Origin: Verrucomicrobiota bacterium
Lineage (GTDB): Bacteria; Verrucomicrobiota; Verrucomicrobiia; Chthoniobacterales; UBA6821
Assembly (NCBI GenBank): GCA_008932965.1
Contig: WBXG01000013.1
Span: 344 to 32,343, forward strand
Reading direction: 5' to 3'
Length of the DNA: 32,000 nt
Shown here piece after piece: positions 1 to 7,869 of this stretch. The notes below the pieces were generated by a model. That model did not search any database and was not told the DNA's origin. It saw only the letters and a program-made list of their open reading frames with translations. The position numbers and the translations under genes were made by a program. Position 1 is the first letter of the stretch. Every line of letters begins with the position of its first letter.

Positions 1-71
1 CTACTTAGGAGCGATTCAAACCTGATGCAGCATACAAAAGGTTCCTGCCTGGCATGAAATAGTACGACTCA
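1..71. repeat. Degenerate fragment of a second repeat subfamily (related to 7721-7820), cut by the window start
   Basis: The reverse complement of 1-71 aligns by eye with 7750-7817. Shared blocks are TGAGTCGT(A/C), CCAG, AGGA(A)CC and (A/G)ATCGCTCCTAA(G/C)T. The spacing between first and last block is 55-56 nt in both. Confidence 0.35.
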
Positions 72-106
72 GCAAGTTGATTGCAGGAGGCCTACATAAA
101 AAATTT

Positions 107-196
107 GGAGGGGTGGTAGAGTGGTTTATTGCACCGGTCTTGAAAACCGGAGAGGTGTTAAAGCCTCCGTGGGTTCGAATCCCACCTCCTCCACCA
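107..196 (+). tRNA. tRNA-Ser (anticodon UGA), type II with long variable arm, encoded CCA end
   Basis: The acceptor stem GGAGGGG pairs with CTCCTCC (one G-U). The anticodon stem-loop is CCGGT-CTTGAAA-ACCGG with anticodon TGA. The long variable arm is GAGGTGTTAAAGCCTCC and the T arm is GTGGG-TTCGAAT-CCCAC, followed by A-CCA. The anticodon arm and T loop match my recollection of enterobacterial tRNA-Ser(UGA). Confidence 0.93.
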
Positions 197-240
197 TTCG
201 GTTATTCCTTTCAAGAGTGGAGTGAATCATTCATTCCTCT

Positions 241-511
241 AGCCCGCATATTTCATACTGATTCCTTGCGAGGTGCCGCGAATCCTGATGGGGCACCACC
301 GGCGGTCAGGAGACCGCGGGGGAGACTGCCCTGGCTTTAAGTGGGCAGCCCTAAAAGGGCGAGACGAGCGGGAGCGAGCAAGTCAACGCAGGCGAGCATT
401 TTGATGCAGGGCTGTATGTGTACATACTGTCCAAATCAAAATGTGAGTCTAACGCAGCATCGATCTGACTTCTCGGCTTACGCAGTAGATCGGTATGAAA
501 TATCCGGGCTA
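241..511. mobile_element. MITE-like palindromic element, long variant carrying an extra insertion of about 85 bp in its left arm
   Basis: The left terminus is AGCCCGCATATTTCATACTGA (241-261) and the right terminus is GATCGGTATGAAATATCCGGGCTA (488-511). The interior 386-487 aligns with canonical copy 13898-14081. The extra segment at about 290-385 contains a module shared with 19141-19209. Confidence 0.8.
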
Positions 512-599
512 GGTTACCCATTTTACTACCATGTTTCTTAGCTTGGCAGCTGTAACACTCTGGAAAAGGGTATGACAGAGAGTCATTTTTTAATAAGAA

Positions 600-866
600 C
601 TACTCCAAAGCACGACTTTGGTCATTCATTTCGTGAGGTGCACAAACAAAGAGTTTATCTAATATACGATCTGCAATCATCAATGCTCTCATCATGGCCT
701 CCAAGCATTTGACTTTTCCTTGATCTTTTTCATCTTTGAGTTTCACCTCGGTTTCTTGACGCAGAGAGATAACACGGTCGCGCAGAGTCAAGCGATACTT
801 ACCACTATGATCATTTTGAAGAGATTCCCCCATCTCCATGATCTGTTTTTTTTTGTTATTAATCAT
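600..866 (-). CDS. Small helical protein directly downstream of sctD; YscE-like by size and position only
   Basis: An 88-aa ORF (or 79 aa from Met10 at 839) lies 67 nt downstream of sctD on the same strand. It is predicted helical and charged. The Yersinia order is yscD-yscE. I saw no motif-level support. Confidence 0.45.
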   Translation of the reverse strand: MINNKKKQIMEMGESLQNDHSGKYRLTLRDRVISLRQETEVKLKDEKDQGKVKCLEAMMRALMIADRILDKLFVCAPHEMNDQSRALE

Positions 867-932
867 AAGTTTTTAGGATTTTTTATTGTAAGCCTATTGT
901 TACGCAATCAAACAAAAAAGATAATACCCGGA

Positions 933-2354
933 CTAGGGAGACTCATCACTAATATTCAATTCCGGAATTGATGACTGTCCGTTGAGTGGAATAGTTTTTT
1001 TGTCACCATGATTGATTAATTGGATTCCATTCCGAGTGATTGAATCGACCGTATATCCGTTATTCGTTTTTGCTCCAGGAAAAATACGTTCTCCATTGCC
1101 AAGAATTGCATAAGGGGAGGAAGAGATTGATATTGAAACAACTGGGGCATTAAAAAAACCATATATCTTACTAGGAGCCGCACCAACGGTAACCATATTT
1201 AAGAATTTAACATTATCATGAAATTCTTCTTTGAGTTTTTTCAAGACCTCTTCCCATCGAATGCTATCCCCCATCCCAATAGTGCCAGTGAGTGTAATAT
1301 TTTGTCGTTCTGGAGTTGAGGTAATATTACCAAAATAGTTTTTTGTTAATATTTCACGAACATGCTTGATTGCCTCATCTCCTAAAACAATATGAAATTC
1401 TTGCTCTGTGATTGCAGGCAAATCTCTTTCGATCTGTTTTTTCATGGCATCATAGAGCTCTTGATTAGGAAGGTAGCCACTCCATGTCACGTTCCCAGTG
1501 GAATCATCTACGGCAACTGAAACAGCTAAGTTCATCGCTTGCATCATCGCAAGACCACTATCATCAATATTACCAATATTGATGATATTGCAGACGATAG
1601 AAACATTTGCCTCATTCATTGTTTTGCGAACATAGTCACTCTGCATTTGATCATGCACATAGATGTAGAGAAGAGATGTTCCATTTCTTTCCACAACCTT
1701 GATTTTGTTTTTTGGAAATTTTTTTTCCAGCTCCTTGGCAGTGACTTCAGCAGCAATTCTCTGTTCTTTGACTCTTTCCTGATCTTCCTTATCAAATGAT
1801 GTGGGTTGAAAAGAGTTTTGTGGAACCATGAGATTCTTGTGTGCAATAATTCTAAAAAGCACCACCCCCATAAAAAGACAAGCCCCTACAATGATAAGAA
1901 TAGCAATGGAAATATTAGAAAAGGGCCGTTTATTTTGAGATGGTGAGTTTGATCCTACTGCAGGTGGCTCCGGTAAAGTCTCCGGTGGACTTTCTGGAGC
2001 AACTAATCCAATTTCTTGCATTTCAGGAATCTTAACTGGTGGCCAAAGCTGCTCGCTAGGCCCTCCAGTGAGATGGGTACTACCAAGCGTTAAAACATCA
2101 CCTAATGTTAGTAAAGCCTGCTTCTCTAACACCTGAACTCCATTAATAAAAAAAATCCCATCTCTTGGAATGATATCAAACCCCTCCTCTTTCTCCTTCT
2201 TAATTTGACAATGAATGGGGGCAATATGAGGGTCGTTAAGAACCAGATCGCTCTCCAATGAAGTGCCTATAGTAATTTCCTTGGATACCATGATCTGAGC
2301 TCCTGCATTTGGGCCATTCAATACTTTGAGGAGCCAAGGTTTTGCTGCATTCAT
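933..2354 (-). CDS. sctD: T3SS inner-membrane ring protein SctD (YscD/CdsD family) with N-terminal FHA-like domain
   Basis: The protein is 473 aa. It has an N-terminal FHA-like segment (ITIGTSLESDLVLNDPHIAPIHCQI...GIFFINGVQV) and a single TM helix (ISIAILIIVGACLFMGVVLF). A large C-terminal periplasmic region follows. The gene starts 12 nt after sctV. Confidence 0.8.
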   Translation of the reverse strand: MNAAKPWLLKVLNGPNAGAQIMVSKEITIGTSLESDLVLNDPHIAPIHCQIKKEKEEGFDIIPRDGIFFINGVQVLEKQALLTLGDVLTLGSTHLTGGPSEQLWPPVKIPEMQEIGLVAPESPPETLPEPPAVGSNSPSQNKRPFSNISIAILIIVGACLFMGVVLFRIIAHKNLMVPQNSFQPTSFDKEDQERVKEQRIAAEVTAKELEKKFPKNKIKVVERNGTSLLYIYVHDQMQSDYVRKTMNEANVSIVCNIINIGNIDDSGLAMMQAMNLAVSVAVDDSTGNVTWSGYLPNQELYDAMKKQIERDLPAITEQEFHIVLGDEAIKHVREILTKNYFGNITSTPERQNITLTGTIGMGDSIRWEEVLKKLKEEFHDNVKFLNMVTVGAAPSKIYGFFNAPVVSISISSSPYAILGNGERIFPGAKTNNGYTVDSITRNGIQLINHGDKKTIPLNGQSSIPELNISDESP

Positions 2355-2365
2355 GATATCATCTG

Positions 2366-4483
2366 TTAGTTAATACCTATACGACCTAGAGGCTGTATAT
2401 TAATTTCCTCTGTTAATTCTTGATGGGAAAGCACAGTGAGTTGTGGAATTTCGAGTTCAATGAGTTTTTTCATGTAACGACGTACATCCATGGAAGAGAT
2501 AAGAACAGGGGGGCGTTCTTTATTCGCAATATCACCTACCTGTTCCTTAACAGCATTAACAAGTTTTTTGCTAACCACAGGATCCATTGCTAAAAAACTT
2601 CCAGCAGAAGTTTGTCGAATTGATTTTCTGATTTGTTCCTCAGCGCTCGGCTCCAAGATATAGGCCACAAGAACATTTCTACCACCGCTGAAATGATAGC
2701 TAATATAGCGGCGCAAGGCAATTCGTACATATTCCGTTAATAATAACACATCTTTTTCTTTGGGAGCCCATTCAATAAGTGCTTGGAAAATAGTGCGTAA
2801 ATTTCTGATAGAAATTTCTTCCTGAACCAAGCGTTGTAAGACCTCTGCAATTTTCGTTGGTGGCAACACCCGCTGCACCTCACGAACAACCTCAACATTA
2901 TCTGCTTCCATTTGGGAGAGAAGCGTTCTGGTTTCCTGTAGGCCGATGAAATCAGCAGCATATTTTTTCAATACAAGCGAAATATGAAAACTCAATAGTT
3001 TCGGAGAATCCATCCCGCTTAATCCAATTTGTTGAAGTAATTGTTGTTGAGCAATAGGCACCCAGACTGCAGGAACTTGATCAGGAGGTGTTTCAACAGG
3101 TTCAAAAGGAATATGAAATGCTAATAGGTGCTCCTGGCTTTCTCGAACATAGAGATATTCAGGCCGAAGAACTCCCGAAGACATCGGCACTTCCTGCAAA
3201 AGAAGTTGATATTCTCCCTTTTTAAAATTTTCATTAAATCGCAAATGAATCCCTGGAAATGGGACACCTAAATCATGATAGAGGGCACGTCTCACTTGAA
3301 CGAGCTCTGTATTGAGGGCATCTGGAGAAATGAATTCTTGAATAGCAGCATCCACTTCAAGCAAAACCGGAACAGTAATTGAAAATTCTTCTTCATGTGA
3401 GGCCTCTTTTGTTTCATCAGCAGAGGATTCTCCAGGAGGAGTAGCTGCTTTTTTAGAGCCTGGAGAGAGCAATAATGAACCTCCTTTTTTTAGGAGAGGG
3501 AGGGGACCTCGCTCCAGCATATACCCAAGCACAAGAACAATAATTGATAATAAGCCAAACTGAATTTTGGGAAAACCTGGAACAATTGCAAAAAATAATA
3601 AAATCGTTCCTGCAATCATCAATGCTTTGGGAATTGCTAGCACTTGGCCAAAAATATCTGAACCCAATCCTGTTTTTTCCTCAGAACCAACACGCGTTAC
3701 AATAATTCCTGCAGTAATCGTGATCAGCAATCCAGGAATTTGGGAAACTAAGGCATCTCCGATCGATAAAATAGAGTAGGTTTCAACGGCCCTGCCAATC
3801 ACCATTTTCTTTTGTAAAATTCCAATTGTAATTCCAGCAATAATATTAATCGAAACAATAATTAATGTCGCAATAGCATCTCCCTTAACAAACTTCATAG
3901 CACCATCCATCGAACCAAAAACCTGACTCTCTTTTTCTACATTGTGACGCCTTTTTTGTGCTTCCTTAATATCGATCACTCCGGCCCGCATATCAGCATC
4001 AATACTCATCTGTTTACCTGGCATCGCATCCAAAGTAAAACGTGCAGCTACCTCTGCAACTCGCTCTGCACCTTTGGTTACGACAATGAACTGAACTACA
4101 AGGAGAATCATCCACACAACAACACCAACAACAAAATTTCCTCCTACCACAAAATTACCGAACGCATAAATTATTTCTCCTGCATAACCATCCAATAGAA
4201 TCATTCGTGTTGATGTAATATTAAGCGATAACCGAAACAACGTTGTAATTAAGAGCAAACTTGGGAACGTTGAAAAGGCTAATACATTAGGAACATAAAG
4301 CGCCATCATGAGCATCACGATAGAGATCGTGAGATTCAGTGAAATCAATGAATCCAGAAGCCATGGAGGTACAGGCAGGATGAAAAGCCCGATAATGGCA
4401 ACAATCAGAAATGCTATATAGAAATCTCCGAATTTCTTAGAACGTGTAATCCAACTGTGAAATTGTTCTAAAAATTCGTTCAT
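2366..4483 (-). CDS. sctV: T3SS export gate protein SctV (YscV/LcrD/CdsV; FHIPEP family)
   Basis: The protein is 705 aa. It carries the hallmark FHIPEP block VVTKGAERVAEVAARFTLDAMPGKQMSIDADMRAG and GSMDGAMKFVKGDAIA. It has a multi-TM N-terminal half and a soluble C-terminal half. Confidence 0.97.
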   Translation of the reverse strand: MNEFLEQFHSWITRSKKFGDFYIAFLIVAIIGLFILPVPPWLLDSLISLNLTISIVMLMMALYVPNVLAFSTFPSLLLITTLFRLSLNITSTRMILLDGYAGEIIYAFGNFVVGGNFVVGVVVWMILLVVQFIVVTKGAERVAEVAARFTLDAMPGKQMSIDADMRAGVIDIKEAQKRRHNVEKESQVFGSMDGAMKFVKGDAIATLIIVSINIIAGITIGILQKKMVIGRAVETYSILSIGDALVSQIPGLLITITAGIIVTRVGSEEKTGLGSDIFGQVLAIPKALMIAGTILLFFAIVPGFPKIQFGLLSIIVLVLGYMLERGPLPLLKKGGSLLLSPGSKKAATPPGESSADETKEASHEEEFSITVPVLLEVDAAIQEFISPDALNTELVQVRRALYHDLGVPFPGIHLRFNENFKKGEYQLLLQEVPMSSGVLRPEYLYVRESQEHLLAFHIPFEPVETPPDQVPAVWVPIAQQQLLQQIGLSGMDSPKLLSFHISLVLKKYAADFIGLQETRTLLSQMEADNVEVVREVQRVLPPTKIAEVLQRLVQEEISIRNLRTIFQALIEWAPKEKDVLLLTEYVRIALRRYISYHFSGGRNVLVAYILEPSAEEQIRKSIRQTSAGSFLAMDPVVSKKLVNAVKEQVGDIANKERPPVLISSMDVRRYMKKLIELEIPQLTVLSHQELTEEINIQPLGRIGIN

Positions 4484-4514
4484 GAGCCGATAATCTTGGT
4501 TTTTCTAGAAAAAA

Positions 4515-4895
4515 TCATACTTTAAGATTTAGAAGTTTTCTGAGACTTAAAAATTCAGCTATAGCATGAGAGGAATCCTCCAGGCGCTGAAGGCGCATTA
4601 AAACCCGACCTAGAAGAAGAAATGTTGCAGCTCGTTCCTCTTGATCCATACTCATATTTAAACTATTTTCCAAGATCTCCTTCGCCTCCTCCATGTTGCC
4701 AGACTCCATTTCACTACGTGCTAACGACCTTAGAAGGCGACTATCACTAGGTCTCAATTTAATTAAAAGACGTAAATAGTGACGTGCCCTTTCTGGTTTT
4801 CCATAAACCATATAAAAATAGCTGAGCAAATCCAACAAAGCATGTAATCGCTCTCTATTGGGGGAATGCTTTTCTTGCGTCATAGTAATATTCAC
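4515..4895 (-). CDS. Small TPR-like T3SS chaperone, YscY-like
   Basis: The protein is 126 aa and all-helical with TPR-like repeats (YFYMVYGKPERARHYLRLLIKLRP...). It lies immediately upstream of sctV, as yscY does in Ysc loci. Its N-terminus MNITMTQ resembles my recollection of YscY. Confidence 0.6.
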   Translation of the reverse strand: MNITMTQEKHSPNRERLHALLDLLSYFYMVYGKPERARHYLRLLIKLRPSDSRLLRSLARSEMESGNMEEAKEILENSLNMSMDQEERAATFLLLGRVLMRLQRLEDSSHAIAEFLSLRKLLNLKV

Positions 4896-4933
4896 TTTGA
4901 GATTAAAAGAATTTTTGCGAAACAGACCACTCT

Positions 4934-5374
4934 TTATCCTCCGAGAATAGTTCTTCTAAGGGCAGCAAGAAGTTCGTGATTCATAACCTCCTCAAGTAAC
5001 ATCTCTTTGACGCAACCAATTTCGTGCATCGGGGCAATTCCTTGTGCAGAACTTAATAGTGATGAGCCATCTGCAATAAGCGACTTGAGCGACTCTTGAG
5101 CAAGAACCTTGAGCGTCTCCGCAGGGAGTGCTAAAGAACTTAATTCAAGATTCTCTAATTCATTTCCACGAAATAGCTCCTGTAATTTACTCAAAACAGG
5201 AGCATCACCCATGAGAGGAGAGAGCTCTTCAGTTGGAAGTTTTTCAGGACGAGACTGAGGTAAGAGTGTTAATCCACCTTCTCTAAAATCAAAGGGGGAA
5301 ATTCTTTTAAGCTCCATTATAAAAACGGTAATGAGAAGTGATTCAGTGAGGCAAGGATTTAATCTATCAATCAC
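4934..5374 (-). CDS. Hypothetical T3SS protein at the YscX position, between the SycN-like and YscY-like genes
   Basis: The ORF is 146 aa from a GTG that overlaps the upstream stop (GTGA), or 127 aa from the ATG at 5317. Synteny is the only support. I recognised no convincing motif. Confidence 0.5.
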   Translation of the reverse strand: MIDRLNPCLTESLLITVFIMELKRISPFDFREGGLTLLPQSRPEKLPTEELSPLMGDAPVLSKLQELFRGNELENLELSSLALPAETLKVLAQESLKSLIADGSSLLSSAQGIAPMHEIGCVKEMLLEEVMNHELLAALRRTILGG

Positions 5375-5742
5375 AAACTTTCAAACACCTGGCTCATCAG
5401 TTCTGTGAGAGAATCTAGTGCATTTGATAGCACAGAAGGGTCAATTTCTTGCTCTTCGAAGATAAAGTAGAATCCTAGGATATCGTCATGAAGCTGAGCG
5501 TGCAGAGGCTTAATTCTAGGTTCTTTAAAATGAGCACGAGCTAAGATTTTCCGAGCATTTAGCAAGTATGGATTTTCTACTTTTTTGCTTAGACCTATAA
5601 GAAAGTGAGGTGCTTTATGATCAAGCTGAAGAGTGCCAATGCTATCAATGATTAAATTTAAACTTGCTCCTTCTTCCATCGATACACCGGAAAGACCATA
5701 CTGTTGACAAAACTGTTGAACGGCATCTGTAATCATAGTCAT
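5371..5742 (-). CDS. Class I T3SS chaperone, SycN-like (CesT/SycE fold family)
   Basis: The protein is 123 aa and lies downstream of the gatekeeper gene, as sycN does. The segments VQQFCQQYGL and IGTLQLDHKA resemble the SycN N-terminal region as I recall it. It is acidic with a small alpha/beta-like pattern. Confidence 0.65.
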   Translation of the reverse strand: MTMITDAVQQFCQQYGLSGVSMEEGASLNLIIDSIGTLQLDHKAPHFLIGLSKKVENPYLLNARKILARAHFKEPRIKPLHAQLHDDILGFYFIFEEQEIDPSVLSNALDSLTELMSQVFESL

Positions 5743-5828
5743 TGATATAAAGAGTGTTGATCACTCTATTCTTAATTAAAGTTTGCTGGAAGCCTCTCTA
5801 TGAACTCCAATCTAAATGGTAAAGGGTT

Positions 5829-5850
5829 CACCTGAATATTTCATCCTAAT
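5829..5850. repeat. Solo terminal-repeat fragment of the MITE family
   Basis: CACCTGAATATTTCATCCTAAT matches the TIR core (C)C(C/T)G(G/A)ATATTTCAT(A/C)CT. It lies 6 nt before the full copy that starts at 5856. Confidence 0.5.
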
Positions 5851-5855
5851 TCTGC

Positions 5856-6037
5856 TAACCCGGATATTTCATGCTTATCTTGACTAAGAGGCCGCGAAGG
5901 CTGATGGAAGAGGGCACGTGATGAAGTCTGAGGACGGCTGTAGTAGTCCCTACTGGCCGAGGAAGACTTCGAACTCAAGCAGCATCGACCCTTGCTTTCA
6001 ACCACCACAGGTGATCAGTATGAAATATCTAGGCTAA
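5856..6037. mobile_element. MITE-like palindromic element (full copy, diverged interior), between the SycN-like gene and sctW
   Basis: The termini are TAACCCGGATATTTCATGCTTATC and GATCAGTATGAAATATCTAGGCTAA. The left arm GAGGCCGCGAAGGCTGATGG is identical to the canonical copy. The element is 182 bp. Confidence 0.85.
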
Positions 6038-6062
6038 GGCTTTAAAAGCTTATTACCCTCTC

Positions 6063-7259
6063 TCACGCGATCTCACTCTCTCGAGCAATGGCAGAATCTA
6101 AGGAGCATTGTATCGCTCTTAAGCAATTTTCTCGATTAGCGTCACTAGGAAAGATTCTTTCTGGAAAAAGCCTCATCATTTCATAAATACGAGTTAGGAA
6201 TTCAATGGAGAGTTGAAGTGGGGGAACAGAAAATTTTTCTGCAATACGCAAAAACTCATCATCTAGAAGTGTCTCTTTGGTCACACGCGTCAATATTTCA
6301 TTGATGAGTAGAGAAGGTTTCACAGGAATAACAGGGTTATTCATATTCATTTTTGTGAGCATTTGAAGAAATGAACGGTATGCATTACGAAAAAATTCTA
6401 TTTGACACAAGCCGTCCATAACACTTTTTAAAAATGAAGGTTCTAGAGAGGGAGCATTGGACTTTAATTCTGCTGCTAATGATTTCAAAAGAAACTCTAA
6501 TGCCTTCTCAAGGCGCTCCTGGCCTTCTTTTCCATCTGGCTCTTCCCCTTGTCCCTGCTTATTTTTTTTCTTGTTTTTATCCCTCTTCACTCGATCTAAT
6601 TCCGGAAAAGAATTCATGATAGTGCGATAGTTCGTTACTAAATCTTGATTGCTAAAAACGACCTGACAGTAAAAATCTCTGAGTGCAGCTACAAGATCGG
6701 CCTCATCCCCTATTGTTGATGCGGCAATTTGAGAAATATTGTATCCAGCTCGAATTTCAGCTCCATTAGACTCATCCAAATCACTCAGAATTTGTTCTAA
6801 TAATTCCTTAAGCAAGGGATCATCTAATTGGCTTTCAAGAACCTTAATAGCACCTTTGAGCGCTGCACTTTTTAAGGTGGGATCATCAAACAGAGAATCT
6901 AATGTTTGCTTGATCTCATCATAACTTCCGCCTCGTTGACTCCTTCTAATTTGAGCCATAAATTTTTTAAAATTAGGAGATTCGGAGAATTCTTCAAAAT
7001 CAGGAAGGCTTTCTTGCTCATCCTCAAATGCATTTTTCTCCTTTTTTTGAGAAGTGCTTTTGAGTTCGACTTTGCTGCTTGAGGCAGATTGCCCCCCACG
7101 ATCATCACCCTCATCATGAATTCCAAACTCAATATTATCATCAGCACGAGATTTTTTAATTTCCTTACCTCGATACAGCCCTACACCCTGTAAATCAGCA
7201 GTGTCGATTTCACCCCCTACAGGCCTTGATACACGAGCTTGAACCCTCGGATTCATCAT
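6063..7259 (-). CDS. sctW: T3SS gatekeeper SctW (YopN/CopN/InvE/MxiC family, TyeA-like part fused)
   Basis: The protein is 398 aa, about the combined length of YopN plus TyeA. The N-terminus is disordered and charged. A helical core follows (LKSAALKGAIKVLESQLDDPLLKELLEQILSDLDESNGAEIRAGYNISQIAAS), typical of the HrpJ/YopN family. A class I chaperone gene comes next. Confidence 0.8.
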   Translation of the reverse strand: MMNPRVQARVSRPVGGEIDTADLQGVGLYRGKEIKKSRADDNIEFGIHDEGDDRGGQSASSSKVELKSTSQKKEKNAFEDEQESLPDFEEFSESPNFKKFMAQIRRSQRGGSYDEIKQTLDSLFDDPTLKSAALKGAIKVLESQLDDPLLKELLEQILSDLDESNGAEIRAGYNISQIAASTIGDEADLVAALRDFYCQVVFSNQDLVTNYRTIMNSFPELDRVKRDKNKKKNKQGQGEEPDGKEGQERLEKALEFLLKSLAAELKSNAPSLEPSFLKSVMDGLCQIEFFRNAYRSFLQMLTKMNMNNPVIPVKPSLLINEILTRVTKETLLDDEFLRIAEKFSVPPLQLSIEFLTRIYEMMRLFPERIFPSDANRENCLRAIQCSLDSAIARESEIA

Positions 7260-7262
7260 CTC

Positions 7263-7652
7263 TTAAGGACTCACTATTTTTGTGATCTGAAGAGAGGGGA
7301 CTCCCTCCACCAAAATTAAATCGGCTTGAGCAATAGTTTTTTCTTGAAGCATCACGGATGCTTCAAATTGAGAACCTCCAAGAGAAATCACTTTTCCCTC
7401 TACAAGGGAGTTGAGCTCCTCCATAGGAATCATTTGATTTCCTAATACAAAAGATAATTCCACTTTCAATTGGAGGGAGGTGCTAGGCTCTTTTGATAAT
7501 TCTTGAGGTGCTACTTCCTTTGGAGGTGAGGTTATTATCTGAGGCTTGACCTCAGGTGATTCTATTTCAGTAGAAGTTTCCTTACTCTTCAATAAAACCT
7601 CATCTGGTAATTGTTCTACTAATTCTGGTTTTGTATCATCAGGATTTGCCAT
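7263..7652 (-). CDS. Stand-alone SpoA (FliN/SctQ C-terminal) domain protein
   Basis: The protein is 129 aa. The N-terminal half is Pro/Glu/Ser-rich. The C-terminal ~70 aa (LKVELSFVLGNQMIPMEELNSLVEGKVISLGGSQFEASVMLQEKTIAQADLILVEGVPSLQITKI) has the FliN/SpoA pattern. Its stop codon (7263-7265) lies 3 nt upstream of the sctW start. Confidence 0.7.
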   Translation of the reverse strand: MANPDDTKPELVEQLPDEVLLKSKETSTEIESPEVKPQIITSPPKEVAPQELSKEPSTSLQLKVELSFVLGNQMIPMEELNSLVEGKVISLGGSQFEASVMLQEKTIAQADLILVEGVPSLQITKIVSP

Positions 7653-7720
7653 GCGCTAACAAATATCTCACTTTCTTCAAGAGGTCAAAAATTATAGTCA
7701 AATTACTCATCTCGGATAAC

Positions 7721-7820
7721 TAACCCAGATATTTCATCCTAAATCGTTATGAGTCGTCACATAGCCAGATTGAGGACCAATAGGGGTCGTGAGATAACGC
7801 TGGGATCGCTCCTAACTTCA
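7721..7820. repeat. One-sided MITE-family fragment (left terminus plus diverged arm), second subfamily
   Basis: TAACCCAGATATTTCATCCTAAATCGTTATGAG matches the family TIR and the arm start of 19107-19140. No right terminus is present. The distal part aligns with the reverse complement of 1-71. Confidence 0.55.
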
Positions 7821-7869
7821 CCAATAGCCGTTTGACTATCGGACTCAAAACACGATTTTCAAACCTCTT

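Noticed and set aside
77-541. ORF-track entries 77-340 (+) and 341-541 (+) as protein-coding genes
   Set aside because: The first runs straight through the tRNA-Ser gene and into the repeat element. The second lies wholly inside the element. Their peptides (…RIFHTDSLRGAA…, …QASILMQGCMCTYCPNQN…) recur in other ORF-track entries only because the DNA repeat recurs.
555-599. Rho-independent terminator after the 88-aa ORF (ATGAC-TCTCT-GTCAT hairpin)
   Set aside because: The stem is only 5 bp and AT-rich, and the following T-tract is poor. This is too weak to annotate.
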